Of a DNA stretch of 64,000 nucleotides, positions 27,474 through 37,578 are shown one piece after another. The DNA is from Bacteroidales bacterium (lineage in GTDB: Bacteria > Bacteroidota > Bacteroidia > Bacteroidales > SZUA-534), in assembly GCA_045640185.1 (NCBI GenBank), contig JAZUEN010000085.1, positions 3,525 through 67,524 on the forward strand, written 5' to 3'. Every line of letters begins with the position of its first letter. The stretch's first letter is position 1. A program made the position numbers and the translations under genes. The notes beneath the pieces were generated by a model, which was given only the letters and a program-made list of their open reading frames with translations, ran no database searches and was not told the DNA's origin.

Positions 27474-29777
27474 TCAATACATAAACCTTGCATCATCGTA
27501 ATCTGATATTTCCAAAATCTTCTGGCTGTCCAAATCCTTGCCTTTGGCAAAATTCCAGGTTATTGACAGGCTCAATGCCCGATTCTTGGTTTTCAGATTT
27601 GACTTTGAACTGTTATATACCAACGATGATGAGGTTGTTTTATTGCTGAATTTGTCCTCAATAAATGGGAACAGGCACTGAACACCGAAAGTAAAATTGT
27701 TCAACTTGTAATTGATATCCACATACGAGACCTTTTCGTATCCTTCTTTTTTCAAGCCATTCAACATATGGTTGCCATACATTTGCAAGTATGAGCACGA
27801 AAAATCGCCATAACTGTATTGAGCGTTGAAATACAACGGGAAGAACCAATTGTCGACGGTTTCCGCGCCTTTAGATTCTGTAAACATCTGATACGTGGCA
27901 CTTCCTTGAACAGAAAACTCGAGACACTTTATTGGCTTATACATTAAGTACAATGACGGTCCGACTTCCGAAAAATCGTGTGCATTCATTGTCAACAAGT
28001 TGATTGCGCCATTACGTTCCACATACTTTTCAAACAATTTATGGTACGTATAGTTGTAATCGACATTAAACATCAAGAAGAAACTTGAACTTGGCTGAAA
28101 AGTGTATTGAGCGGAAAGACTGTAATTTGTGCTGTTTTCAACATCCTTGTTGCCTGAACTGTAAAAATTCTGCATTATAAGTATCTTGTTTTCACTCATC
28201 TGTTGCAGAGTCGGCATTTCAGTATACGAACTAAAATTCAGATTCACAACATTTTTACGATTCAAATAATAACCCAAATTCACTTTTGGGGTGAAAGTCC
28301 AATTTGAAAATCCGTCTTCACGACTGTCAAACGTAGCACCTAAACCAAAATCGTACATAAAGTTTCCTAATTCGGCTGTCGATTCAGCATAAAGATAATG
28401 TTTCCAAATATTTACATTGTCAACAGAATTATCCGCAAGTGTGTTTTTGATTGTATTTTTCAAAAATGACCTTTGCCCTTGATAGCCAAACTCCAAAGAC
28501 ATCACATCATTGCTGTATGAATAATACACCTCACCCGCAAGCAATTGTTTATCAGCCTGCATATCAAGCATATCGACAAAAACAACGGCAGAATCGACGA
28601 CATTTATCTCTGTTGACAACGACTTTTGTTCATTGCTCATATTTGAATACAAGATATCGGTGGCAATGAAACTGCTTTGGGAAAAGTTTTTTGAAAAATA
28701 CAAGTCGAGACTGGGATTCAGCGACTTTATACGGTCCGACTGTGAACTTTCACGGCTGAATGAATTTGTATCAACACAAAACATAGAGGTTCCAGAGCCG
28801 TCTGTCTTTGTTGTCGACTTGGCTATTGAAGCCGTCATTTGCAATGTATAATCATCGGGCAACTGATTTTGCCAAATCAAAGATGCACTGTTTTGATTTC
28901 CCCATTCGTTATATTTCTTTGAGTAATCGTATTCATAATTACTTGACTGAATACCATATTTATAAACACCTGATTCTTCATCCTTTACATCTCTATTATG
29001 ATTTATGTGCGTGCCAATGTCGAAAGTGAGTTTGTTACGGCCACTTATAAGCGCGACCATTCCTCTTGCCTGCGAATACATTTGCCCTGCCCTGACATAA
29101 GCCTCGCCGACAATGCCGTTCTCTTCAGGTTTTACTTTCACATTGACAACAACTTCCGCATCGTTTGCATATCGCAATGGTGGCACTTTATATAATTCGA
29201 CACTTGTCACGTTTTTGGCGCGAATCAGTTCCAACTCCCCGTCAGAAGCCTTAACTCCATTTATCAATATCAAGATAGACTTGCCGTCAATGGTAGACAA
29301 TTTGTTGTCAACGGCACTTATGTGCAATTCGGGCATCTCCTTGACCAAATCACGCGCCTCCGACGCCGACTGTATCTGTTCTGAAGTGAACGTGTACGAT
29401 GACTTGTTAAGCCCGATTTTTGCCCGACTTTCAACCACATTCACCTCACCTAACATTTCCGAATCCAATTCGAGTTGAATATCGACATTGACATAATCTT
29501 CTTCGGACAAATCAACATTTCGGAAATACGGCTTATAGCCAATGCAAGTTGCCTTGACAATGTATTTTCCTTTCTCCAAATCAATTGAATAATCGCCACT
29601 CAAATCTGAAACGGTTCCTGAAACCATTGAACTGTCATCTTCATTGAAAACCGCAACATTGACAAACGGGACAATGCTATCAGACTCTGTGACAACACCA
29701 TACAGAACTACTTGTTGTGCCAGCAATATTTTCCCGAACAACAACAAGGCTACCAATAAATAAGTTTTTTTACGCAT
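27474..29777 (-). CDS. outer-membrane beta-barrel family protein with CarboxypepD_reg N-terminal domain
   Basis: ATG at 29777 (MRKKTYLLVALLLFGKILLAQ), then LYGVVTESDSIVPFVNVAVF..SDLSGDYSI and a plug-like region. The beta-rich body is rich in Tyr, Asn and Ser. Confidence 0.75.
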   Translation of the reverse strand: MRKKTYLLVALLLFGKILLAQQVVLYGVVTESDSIVPFVNVAVFNEDDSSMVSGTVSDLSGDYSIDLEKGKYIVKATCIGYKPYFRNVDLSEEDYVNVDIQLELDSEMLGEVNVVESRAKIGLNKSSYTFTSEQIQSASEARDLVKEMPELHISAVDNKLSTIDGKSILILINGVKASDGELELIRAKNVTSVELYKVPPLRYANDAEVVVNVKVKPEENGIVGEAYVRAGQMYSQARGMVALISGRNKLTFDIGTHINHNRDVKDEESGVYKYGIQSSNYEYDYSKKYNEWGNQNSASLIWQNQLPDDYTLQMTASIAKSTTKTDGSGTSMFCVDTNSFSRESSQSDRIKSLNPSLDLYFSKNFSQSSFIATDILYSNMSNEQKSLSTEINVVDSAVVFVDMLDMQADKQLLAGEVYYSYSNDVMSLEFGYQGQRSFLKNTIKNTLADNSVDNVNIWKHYLYAESTAELGNFMYDFGLGATFDSREDGFSNWTFTPKVNLGYYLNRKNVVNLNFSSYTEMPTLQQMSENKILIMQNFYSSGNKDVENSTNYSLSAQYTFQPSSSFFLMFNVDYNYTYHKLFEKYVERNGAINLLTMNAHDFSEVGPSLYLMYKPIKCLEFSVQGSATYQMFTESKGAETVDNWFFPLYFNAQYSYGDFSCSYLQMYGNHMLNGLKKEGYEKVSYVDINYKLNNFTFGVQCLFPFIEDKFSNKTTSSSLVYNSSKSNLKTKNRALSLSITWNFAKGKDLDSQKILEISDYDDARFMY

Positions 29778-29902
29778 AAAAATGTCCCTTGCAACTAAAT
29801 GCAACACATATCACATTTCCACCACCTTCAATTCGGTACGGCGGTTGGTTTCACGACCTTCGGCGGTTGAATACCAATTAATTATTATAAATAAACCTAT
29901 AC

Positions 29903-30484
29903 TTAAATCCAATTGCTGACTTCTGTTGAATTTTGATTCACGTCAGATTTCTTCACAACAATTGTACCGCAAATGCTGTCGTGAAGGGCCTGATGCTTTT
30001 CACTTGCAGAAAAGAAGCAACCAACAAACACAACCAAGCCCAACAAGTTTCCGAAAGTGTTGAACAATACAGAGGCAACCAACAGTGACAAAACTGCACA
30101 AACCTTGCCTATATGCTTAATCAGATAACGTGACAACAGCGCCAATGGCGAAGCCTGCCCACCTTCAACCCCAACAATCTGCAAGCCCAGCATCAATTTG
30201 CCCAACGATTTTCCAATGAAAATTTCAGGCAAAAAATACAGCAAACGGGCGACATTTACCAAAACGCCAACTCTCGTCGCCGACACCATTATCGATATCA
30301 TATTTTCATCATATAAATTGGCTAGCATCGGATTTGCCGACAATGTCTGTTCCAACTGCGCCCTTGTCGATTCCAGCAAAAACGAAGGGAACAACTTGCT
30401 CAAGACAAAAGCCAAAATCCAAACCAACACAACATCTATTGCAAAAGCACCCAAACGTGGGCCAAACCCGATTCTTTCTTTCAT
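29903..30484 (-). CDS. RDD-family membrane protein
   Basis: ATG at 30484 (MKERIGFGPRLGAFAIDVVLVWILAFVL..) and three to four TM helices. The N-terminal pattern is RDD-like. Confidence 0.6.
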   Translation of the reverse strand: MKERIGFGPRLGAFAIDVVLVWILAFVLSKLFPSFLLESTRAQLEQTLSANPMLANLYDENMISIMVSATRVGVLVNVARLLYFLPEIFIGKSLGKLMLGLQIVGVEGGQASPLALLSRYLIKHIGKVCAVLSLLVASVLFNTFGNLLGLVVFVGCFFSASEKHQALHDSICGTIVVKKSDVNQNSTEVSNWI

Positions 30485-30710
30485 AATTCCGCTATTTTTT
30501 ATGTTACACAAATATATAAATATGTTCAAAATCCGGTCTAAAACCGAACACCATTAAATTTATGCAAAATGGTACTATCTGACTAATAAAACATTAGACA
30601 AAACACCAAAAATATTTTTCAAAAAAAGGGGTTCAAGCTATTGCAGATATCAAAAAAGGCACTACTTTTGCAACGCTTTTCGGAAATGAGAGCAACAAAG
30701 TTCTAACAAT

Positions 30711-30784
30711 GGTGTGGTAGTTCAGTTGGTTAGAATATCGGCCTGTCACGCCGGAGGTCGCGAGTTCGAGTCTCGTCCGCACCG
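30711..30784 (+). tRNA. tRNA-Asp (anticodon GUC)
   Basis: GGTGTGG acceptor stem, D loop AGTTGGTTAG, anticodon loop CTGTCAC and T arm CGAGTTCGAGTCTCG. 74 nt, hand-folded. Confidence 0.9.
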
Positions 30785-30787
30785 CAG

Positions 30788-30822
30788 AAGCCTGATTAAC
30801 GTAAGTTAGTCGGGCTTTTTTT
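30788..30822 (+). terminator. Rho-independent terminator after tRNA-Asp
   Basis: 13-bp stem aagcctgattaac / gttagtcgggctt (two G-U pairs), loop gtaa, then a T-run. Confidence 0.75.
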
Positions 30823-30895
30823 ATTTCATTGTGCAAGCAAAAAAAGCAAAGACGAATAAAACCGCCTTTGCCCTTTTGTCGGCCAACGCTATATT

Positions 30896-31120
30896 CTACA
30901 GCACCTTTATCGTATTTCCGAGCACTTCAACGACATCACCGTGACGTAGCTTTGCACGCTTGCGAGTCTCGGTCACACCATTAAGCTTCACCATACCGTC
31001 ATCGACAAACAAATTGGCTTGTGCGCCACTCTCACTGATCCGAAGGAGCTTTATCAGCTTATTGAGCTCAATGAACGGCTCGGTTCCGTCAGTTGTCGGT
31101 TTTAGTTCAAATTCTATCAT
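30896..31120 (-). CDS. small S4-domain RNA-binding protein (YbcJ-like)
   Basis: ATG at 31120 (MIEFELK..). ISESGAQANLFVDDGMVKLNGVTETRKRAKLRHGDVVEV fits the S4 alpha-L motif. Confidence 0.7.
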   Translation of the reverse strand: MIEFELKPTTDGTEPFIELNKLIKLLRISESGAQANLFVDDGMVKLNGVTETRKRAKLRHGDVVEVLGNTIKVL

Positions 31121-31163
31121 GGCATTTGTTTTTTTTCGCAAAAGTAAAAACCTTACTGTCTTG

Positions 31164-31799
31164 CTACGACATTTTTTTCAGATTCTTTGCAACCGTATCT
31201 CCGTCACGGTATTCCTGTCGCACAAAATTAGCGTCATACTCAAGGAAACGGATTATGTCGTCAGTAATGCCAATTGGATGCACATTCGGGATTACCGTGG
31301 TTCGGAATTGGTAGCCTATTCCCGAATTCTGTATCAACTTTATTGAACGCCATATGTTTGGCATAATCAACGTTGCATCCTTGCCGATTATCTGTGAATA
31401 TGAGTTGGCGTCTGGATTTGACTTTATGTCCATTGCCATGAAATCGAGCAGTTTTTCCGCCAAGAGACGTTCAAGCATGTCTGGATTGGTGCCGTTGGTG
31501 TCGAGCTTTATGCAATACCCCAAATTGCGTATTGCGCGCAGAAAATCGGGCAAATCGCCATGAATGGTCGGTTCACCACCTGTAACGACAACGCCTTCGA
31601 GCCAACCGCGACGGCTGTCAAGGTACCTCAGCACCTCGTCGACGTCGATAATCTTGTTTTGTCCAAACAATTCGGGCAACACTAATGACGGGTTGTGACA
31701 ATAACCACAGCGGAAATTGCATCCCTGGGTGAATATGACACTCGCCATTTTATCTGGATAGTCAATAAAACTTTGCTTTACCAGCCCTGCGATTTTCAT
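31164..31799 (-). CDS. nrdG: anaerobic ribonucleoside-triphosphate reductase activating protein (radical SAM)
   Basis: CNFRCGYCHNP radical-SAM motif. Directly downstream of nrdD. Confidence 0.9.
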   Translation of the reverse strand: MKIAGLVKQSFIDYPDKMASVIFTQGCNFRCGYCHNPSLVLPELFGQNKIIDVDEVLRYLDSRRGWLEGVVVTGGEPTIHGDLPDFLRAIRNLGYCIKLDTNGTNPDMLERLLAEKLLDFMAMDIKSNPDANSYSQIIGKDATLIMPNIWRSIKLIQNSGIGYQFRTTVIPNVHPIGITDDIIRFLEYDANFVRQEYRDGDTVAKNLKKMS

Positions 31800-31881
31800 T
31801 TTCGGTATATCTTTTTTACAAAAAAAGGAAAGTGGCCCGAGACTGAATCTGGAACCACTTTGGCTTACGACAAACGATTTG

Positions 31882-34023
31882 CTATAGGTTCAACGACTTG
31901 TCGAACAATTTACGCTCACTGAACTCCTGGCGCTTGCCGTCGTTCCATTGCTCTATTGGGCGCAAGTAGCCTACTATTCGTGAATACACCTGACAGCTGG
32001 TATCTTGGCCTTCCTCCTCGCATTTCGGGCACTTGTGGTGTTCGCCGAATATATAGCCGTGTTCTGGACAAATGCTGAATGTAGGCGATAGCGTTATGTA
32101 TGGCAGATGGAATGTATTTGTCACCTTACGGATCAATTTCTTGACTGCCTCGTTTGAAAGTTGGCTTTCGCCCAAGAATGTATGGAAAACCGTTCCACCC
32201 GTGTACCTTGTCTGCAAGTCGTCTTGCAGGCGCAGTGCCTCGAACAAATCGTCGGTGAAATAGACTGGCAACTGGCTTGAATTTGTATAATACGGCTTTG
32301 CGCCACGGCGAACGTGCTCTTCGTTGGCAGTGATGATATCGTTGTACTCCGCCTTGTCAATTTTTGCCAAGCGGTACGATGTCCCTTCGGCCGGAGTTGC
32401 TTCCAAATTGTATATGTTTCCCGTCTCGGTCTGGAATTCAGCCAATTTGTCGCGCATGTGATCAAGCACCTTAACGGCAAACGAATGGCCCAAGTCATCT
32501 ACAAGACTGCATCCCAAAAAATTAAGGCAACATTCGTTCATGCCAACAATTCCGATTGTCGAGAAGTGGTTTTTCCAATACCTGCCAGTACGTTGCTTTA
32601 TATTGCGCAAATAGAATCTGGAGTATGGATAAAGTCCTCTATCAGTCAGATTCTCAATAACCTTTCGTTTAATTTCAAGGCTATCTTTTGCAAGTTCCAT
32701 AAGTTTGTCAAGCCGTTGGAAAAATTCATTTTCCGACTTTGATTCGTAGCCCAAGCGAGGCAGGTTGATGGTCACAACGCCTACACTGCCCGTCAATGGG
32801 TTTGCTCCAAACAGGCCACCGCCACGTTTCTGCAACTCGCGCTTGTCAAGTCGCAAACGGCAGCACATGCTACGTACATCGTCAGGACTCATGTCGGAAT
32901 TGACGAAATTTGAGAAATACGGAATGCCGTACTTTGCTGTTATTTCCCAAATCTTTGCGTATGCCGGATTATCCCATTCAAAGTCCTTGGTAATGTTGTA
33001 GGTAGGTATAGGGAACGAAAACACACTGCCGTTGGCATCGCCCTCCGACATGACATCGGCAAATGCGGCATTGAAAATGTCCATCTCCTTCTGGAAATCG
33101 CCGTAAGTGTCATCTTGCAACTTGCCTCCAACGATGACCGGATGGTCTTTAAGAGTCGATGGGACCTTCAAGTCGAGCGTTATGTTTGTGAATGGTGTCT
33201 GGAAACCCACACGCGTCGGCACATTTATATTGAACATAAACTCTTGCAACGACTGTTTCACCTGTTCATACGTCAAGTTGTCATATCGGATGAATGGAGC
33301 CAGATAAGTATCGAAACTCGAGAAAGCCTGTGCTCCTGCAGCTTCGCCCTGCATGGTGTAGAAGAAGTTCACTATTTGGCCTAACACGGTGCGCAAATGC
33401 TTTGCAGGACTGCTTTCTATCTTGCCGGGGACGCCTGTGAAACCAGTCATGAGCAAATCTTCCAAATCCCATCCCACACAATAGACACTCAAAAAGCCCA
33501 GGTCGTGAATATGCATGCGACCCGACTGATATGCCTGCCGTATCTCGTCAGGATACACACGTTCCAGCCAATATTGAGAACTGATGACTGTGGCAATGTG
33601 CTGGTTCAATCCCTGCAAGGAATATGATGAGTTCGCGCTTTCCTTTATGCGCCAATCATTTAAATCGATGTATTTATCGATGATGTCCATGTTTGAAAGC
33701 AGCTCCTTTGTGTTACGCATGCTTTCATGCTGCTTTCTGTATACGATATAGGCCTTTGCAACATCAAACAATTTATTGTCGAACAAAACCTTTTCTACCG
33801 TATCCTGAACTTCCTCAACTGTTGGCGTATAATCGACCTTATCGAACAAATTGAGTTTTTGCAAGACTTCAAGCATCAAATCTTCCGCTTGCTGACGATT
33901 TGCCTTGCCGACAGCCCTTAACGCCTTAAAGATCGCAAAGCTGATTTTCTCGGCCTCAAAATTCACAATGCGCCCGTCGCGCTTGCAAATCTTAATTGAC
34001 GGTAACGATAATTTTGACTCCAT
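31882..34023 (-). CDS. nrdD: anaerobic ribonucleoside-triphosphate reductase
   Basis: N-terminal ATP-cone-like segment, C-terminal Zn ribbon (CPEHG..HKCPKCEE) and glycyl-radical motif SRIVGYLRP. Confidence 0.95.
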   Translation of the reverse strand: MESKLSLPSIKICKRDGRIVNFEAEKISFAIFKALRAVGKANRQQAEDLMLEVLQKLNLFDKVDYTPTVEEVQDTVEKVLFDNKLFDVAKAYIVYRKQHESMRNTKELLSNMDIIDKYIDLNDWRIKESANSSYSLQGLNQHIATVISSQYWLERVYPDEIRQAYQSGRMHIHDLGFLSVYCVGWDLEDLLMTGFTGVPGKIESSPAKHLRTVLGQIVNFFYTMQGEAAGAQAFSSFDTYLAPFIRYDNLTYEQVKQSLQEFMFNINVPTRVGFQTPFTNITLDLKVPSTLKDHPVIVGGKLQDDTYGDFQKEMDIFNAAFADVMSEGDANGSVFSFPIPTYNITKDFEWDNPAYAKIWEITAKYGIPYFSNFVNSDMSPDDVRSMCCRLRLDKRELQKRGGGLFGANPLTGSVGVVTINLPRLGYESKSENEFFQRLDKLMELAKDSLEIKRKVIENLTDRGLYPYSRFYLRNIKQRTGRYWKNHFSTIGIVGMNECCLNFLGCSLVDDLGHSFAVKVLDHMRDKLAEFQTETGNIYNLEATPAEGTSYRLAKIDKAEYNDIITANEEHVRRGAKPYYTNSSQLPVYFTDDLFEALRLQDDLQTRYTGGTVFHTFLGESQLSNEAVKKLIRKVTNTFHLPYITLSPTFSICPEHGYIFGEHHKCPKCEEEGQDTSCQVYSRIVGYLRPIEQWNDGKRQEFSERKLFDKSLNL

Positions 34024-34314
34024 ATAATTGTGTATTAATGATTAACGACATGCAACCCAACAAACCGAGCCCCATTCATCGGAACAGATTTTTCGATTTT
34101 CAGCAATGAATAAAAGTGGTTTGTGAATCACCCATATCAAAGTAAGTCAATGACGACGTTAAAAGGAAGCTCAACGAGATTCACTTGTTAACACGGCCAT
34201 GTTCATTTTCGCGCAAGCCAATGGGCACAAATGGTTGAAGCATGAAAAAATCTTTTCGTCGCTACTTTCGGACTCTGATTTGCCGATGTCTGAAATCGCC
34301 TCAACACGGAACGG

Positions 34315-35028
34315 TCACATCGTTAATCTTGCCAAATAGTCGAAATGCGGACCGTCAAGCACCTTTTCACACTTAAGCCCGCTTTTAAAGGCTTCGTGCT
34401 TGAGTGTCTCAAAATCGACAAACAGCCACTTGAATTTTTCCGACCTGATGTTGCGGTAACGCGCTGAAAAAAGCATTTCACCATAATAGTCGCCATTCAA
34501 ATCGATGGTGCAGCTTCCGTCCTCTTCTGCATAGAGGTATATCAAGTCCGAAGAATCGAGCAATATCTGCCCGTCTTTGGCCATGAGAGACTTGCATTTT
34601 TCGAAAAAGCGAGGCAGTCCGCCAAGTGTTCCACTCATGCCGGCTCCATTCATAAGGAACAGCAACGTATCAAATGGAGATTCGCTGAATTCGAAGAAAT
34701 CGGCAGCTACCGCATTGAGGCCACGCTGTTGCATGACCTCGACAGACAGCACCGAGCTATCGATAGATGTGACATCAACGCCTTTTGACTTTAGGCATGC
34801 CGAATGGGCGCCTGCTCCCGCGCCGACATCAAGCACCCGCCCACAAGCCATATTCAAGGCACGTTGCTCTATTTCAGGCATTTCGTCATATGTGCGGAAC
34901 AGATATGGGACAGGAAGTTCATCCGACGCTGTCAAATGCGTACTGGTAAACAGCTTACATGTCTTACGCTTATGGAAATAGTCGCTTATGGCCTGACCCA
35001 TCGGGTCGTTTTCTGGACGTAGCAGCAT
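34315..35028 (-). CDS. class I SAM-dependent methyltransferase
   Basis: VLDVGAGAGAHS (motif I), about 237 aa. Confidence 0.75.
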   Translation of the reverse strand: MLLRPENDPMGQAISDYFHKRKTCKLFTSTHLTASDELPVPYLFRTYDEMPEIEQRALNMACGRVLDVGAGAGAHSACLKSKGVDVTSIDSSVLSVEVMQQRGLNAVAADFFEFSESPFDTLLFLMNGAGMSGTLGGLPRFFEKCKSLMAKDGQILLDSSDLIYLYAEEDGSCTIDLNGDYYGEMLFSARYRNIRSEKFKWLFVDFETLKHEAFKSGLKCEKVLDGPHFDYLARLTM

Positions 35029-35034
35029 ATATGG

Positions 35035-37497
35035 CTATTCGTATTGATATGTGCGCTTTACTCGACGCGAAATGCCAGTCAGCACTTCGTATGGTATGGT
35101 GTTCATCCATTCGGCGACTTGCGTTATCGGCAAGTTTTTCCCGAATATCTCTATCGGGTCGCCTTCGTGTGCATCAAGGCCAGTGACATCTACCATGCAG
35201 ATATCCATGCATATGTTTCCGACGATTGGCACCAGATGTCCTTTGTACCACAATTTCCCGTTACCATTGCCCAAGCATCTTCTCAAACCGTCGGCGTATC
35301 CTATTGGCACTGTGGCTATATCCGAATCGCGTGTCAATTTGCCACGCCGGCTGTATCCTACTGTTGCGCCAGCCTTCAGGTGCTTGATTTGTGCGAGCGA
35401 GCTGGTAAGTGTTGCTATTGGCTGCAATTGCGCGCCAGCCACACTCAAGCCATAAAGTCCTATTCCCAGCCTGACCATGTCGTACTGATAGTTGTCGGAG
35501 AAACGCTCAATGCCTGCCGAATTTAGTATGTGGCGTTTGATTGGATAGCCCATCTGCGCAATAATCGCGCTACTCATGGAGTCAAACGCCTTAAGCTGAG
35601 AAAATGTATAGTCGTCCTGATCATACTCGTCGGCCGTGGCGAGATGCGAGAATATCGTCTTTATCTTCAAACCCGTGGCCTGTTTAACTGCAGAGATGCA
35701 TTCATCGGTCTCTTCTGGCATGAAGCCTGAACGGTGCATGCCAGTATCGAGCTTAAGGTGGATTGGGTAGTCTGTTTGGCCGGCATCAATCACCGTCTGA
35801 TTGAATGTATTGAGTGTCACATAATTGTATATTTCCGGCTCCAGTCTGTACTCTATAATTTGCGAGAAACTTTCGCGCTCGGGATTCAGCACCAAGATTG
35901 GAATGTGGATGCCATCGCGACGCAGCTCCACTCCTTCGTCGGCAAAAGCAACGGCAATCATTGCCACTCGCTGATATTGGCACAAATTGGCTATCTCGTG
36001 AGTTCCGCTTCCATACGCAAAGGCCTTCAGCATACAGCACATTTCCGTTGTAGGCTTCAGCAAGCTCTTGAAATAGTTCAGATTATACTCCATAGCAGAC
36101 AAGTCGATTGTCATGATTGTCTGATGCGACTGTTTTTGCAAGACCGACGAGATGCGTTCGAAGCCAAACGAACGCGCGCCCTTAAGCAATACTGACGAAT
36201 TCTGTATTTTGCTGAAATCGAACTTTTCAAGAAATTCCGATGTTGACAGGAAAAAGTCCTTGCGCAAATCGAAATAATTGGCAAACGATTTTATGTCCGG
36301 GCCGATACCTATCAGCCTATCCACTTTTTTTTGCCTTATCAATATGGCTATATGGTGGTACAAATCCGGCTTTGCATACCCGCTCTGCTCTATATCACTA
36401 ATTATCAACACCTTTTGTGGATGTTGATTTTGAACCCCCAAATAATCAAGTGCAATATGCAGCGACTCCATATCGCAGCTATAGCTGTCGTTTATTATGG
36501 AACAGTTATTGTTGCCGTCCTTAAGCTCAAGGCGCATTGCAATTGGCTCAAGGTTGGCCAGACGCTTGCAAATCACCTGGCTGTCATAACCGAATACAAT
36601 CATTAGCGACCATACTTGCAAGGCATTTTCGACAGAAGCCCTATCGGCAAATGGTATTTGCACTGAATAGCGCTCGTTGTTGTACATTGCCTTGATTATC
36701 GCACTTGTAGGCTGGTATTCAACCGATTCGACATACAAATTGACATCGGGCATTGTTCCCCACGTGAACAACTTTACGTCGGGGCTTATTTGCGACTTGA
36801 TTTTTTCTCTTACCAGTTGGTTGTCTGCGCCGTAAATCAACACCTGAACATTTTTGAACAGTTTCAACTTTTCGTTGATTTTCTGCTCGATGCTTTCGAA
36901 ATTTTCCTGATGGGCATCTCCAATATTAGTAAAGATGCCAATATTAGGCTTGATGATATTTTCAAGGGCATCCATCTCATTTGGCTTGGAAATTCCTGCC
37001 TCAAAAATGCCCATATTGTTATCTGGCTGAAGTAGCCATACCGACAAAGGCACTCCTATCTGGCTATTGTAGCTTTTAGGGTTTCTGGCTATCAGCTTTT
37101 CTGGTGCCAGACATTGACATGCCCATTCCTTTACAATTGTCTTTCCGTTGCTACCGGTAATGCCAACCACAGGCATAGCCATCTTTTGCCTATGCCAAGC
37201 GACCAACTTGTGTAGCGCCAGAAGGGTATTGTCGACCACTATGAAATTGGCATATAGATATTCTTCTTCTTTTTGTGGCATGCTATCCACAACAAAGTTC
37301 CTTACGCCCGCCTTATATAGTTCCGGGATGAACTTGTGTCCATCGTTTCGGGTTCCCTTCAATGCAAAAAACAAGCTCTCGCGAGCAAATACAACCTTCC
37401 GGCTGTCGATAAGGATATGCGAAATTGTTCCGCCCGAACCGCGCAACAGTTTTCCTCCAATTACGGCGGATATATCGCCTATAGAATAACTTGCCAT
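35035..37497 (-). CDS. bifunctional UDP-N-acetylmuramoyl-tripeptide--D-alanyl-D-alanine ligase / alanine racemase fusion
   Basis: The N-terminal half is MurF-like (VVGITGSNGKT P-loop). The C-terminal half is Alr-like (MLKAFAYGSG PLP-lysine context, ..YADGLRR..). This fusion is characteristic of Bacteroidota. Confidence 0.9.
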   Translation of the reverse strand: MASYSIGDISAVIGGKLLRGSGGTISHILIDSRKVVFARESLFFALKGTRNDGHKFIPELYKAGVRNFVVDSMPQKEEEYLYANFIVVDNTLLALHKLVAWHRQKMAMPVVGITGSNGKTIVKEWACQCLAPEKLIARNPKSYNSQIGVPLSVWLLQPDNNMGIFEAGISKPNEMDALENIIKPNIGIFTNIGDAHQENFESIEQKINEKLKLFKNVQVLIYGADNQLVREKIKSQISPDVKLFTWGTMPDVNLYVESVEYQPTSAIIKAMYNNERYSVQIPFADRASVENALQVWSLMIVFGYDSQVICKRLANLEPIAMRLELKDGNNNCSIINDSYSCDMESLHIALDYLGVQNQHPQKVLIISDIEQSGYAKPDLYHHIAILIRQKKVDRLIGIGPDIKSFANYFDLRKDFFLSTSEFLEKFDFSKIQNSSVLLKGARSFGFERISSVLQKQSHQTIMTIDLSAMEYNLNYFKSLLKPTTEMCCMLKAFAYGSGTHEIANLCQYQRVAMIAVAFADEGVELRRDGIHIPILVLNPERESFSQIIEYRLEPEIYNYVTLNTFNQTVIDAGQTDYPIHLKLDTGMHRSGFMPEETDECISAVKQATGLKIKTIFSHLATADEYDQDDYTFSQLKAFDSMSSAIIAQMGYPIKRHILNSAGIERFSDNYQYDMVRLGIGLYGLSVAGAQLQPIATLTSSLAQIKHLKAGATVGYSRRGKLTRDSDIATVPIGYADGLRRCLGNGNGKLWYKGHLVPIVGNICMDICMVDVTGLDAHEGDPIEIFGKNLPITQVAEWMNTIPYEVLTGISRRVKRTYQYE

Positions 37498-37578
37498 TTC
37501 ATTTAGATTTTCAACAAAGATAAGCGGGTTAGTCCTGCATAGCCCAAATTCATCTGCATTTTATGCACACTCGAAAGT

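Noticed and set aside
27471-27476. TGA recoding (selenocysteine or an alternative genetic code) to explain the in-frame ORF after TGA-TGA.
   Set aside because: TGA is clearly used as a stop elsewhere in the window (for example the GntR gene at 1388-1390 and the GT genes). Two consecutive TGAs and the absence of any SECIS-like context argue for true termination.
30633-30836. 67-aa minus-strand ORF.
   Set aside because: It is antisense to and completely overlaps the well-folded tRNA-Asp and its terminator.
34024-34314. Cobalamin riboswitch or NrdR boxes upstream of nrdD.
   Set aside because: I found no B12-box-like or GGTG..CCACTG elements. The only NrdR-like string (ACACAATTATATGG, overlapping the ATG) is a poor, non-palindromic single copy.
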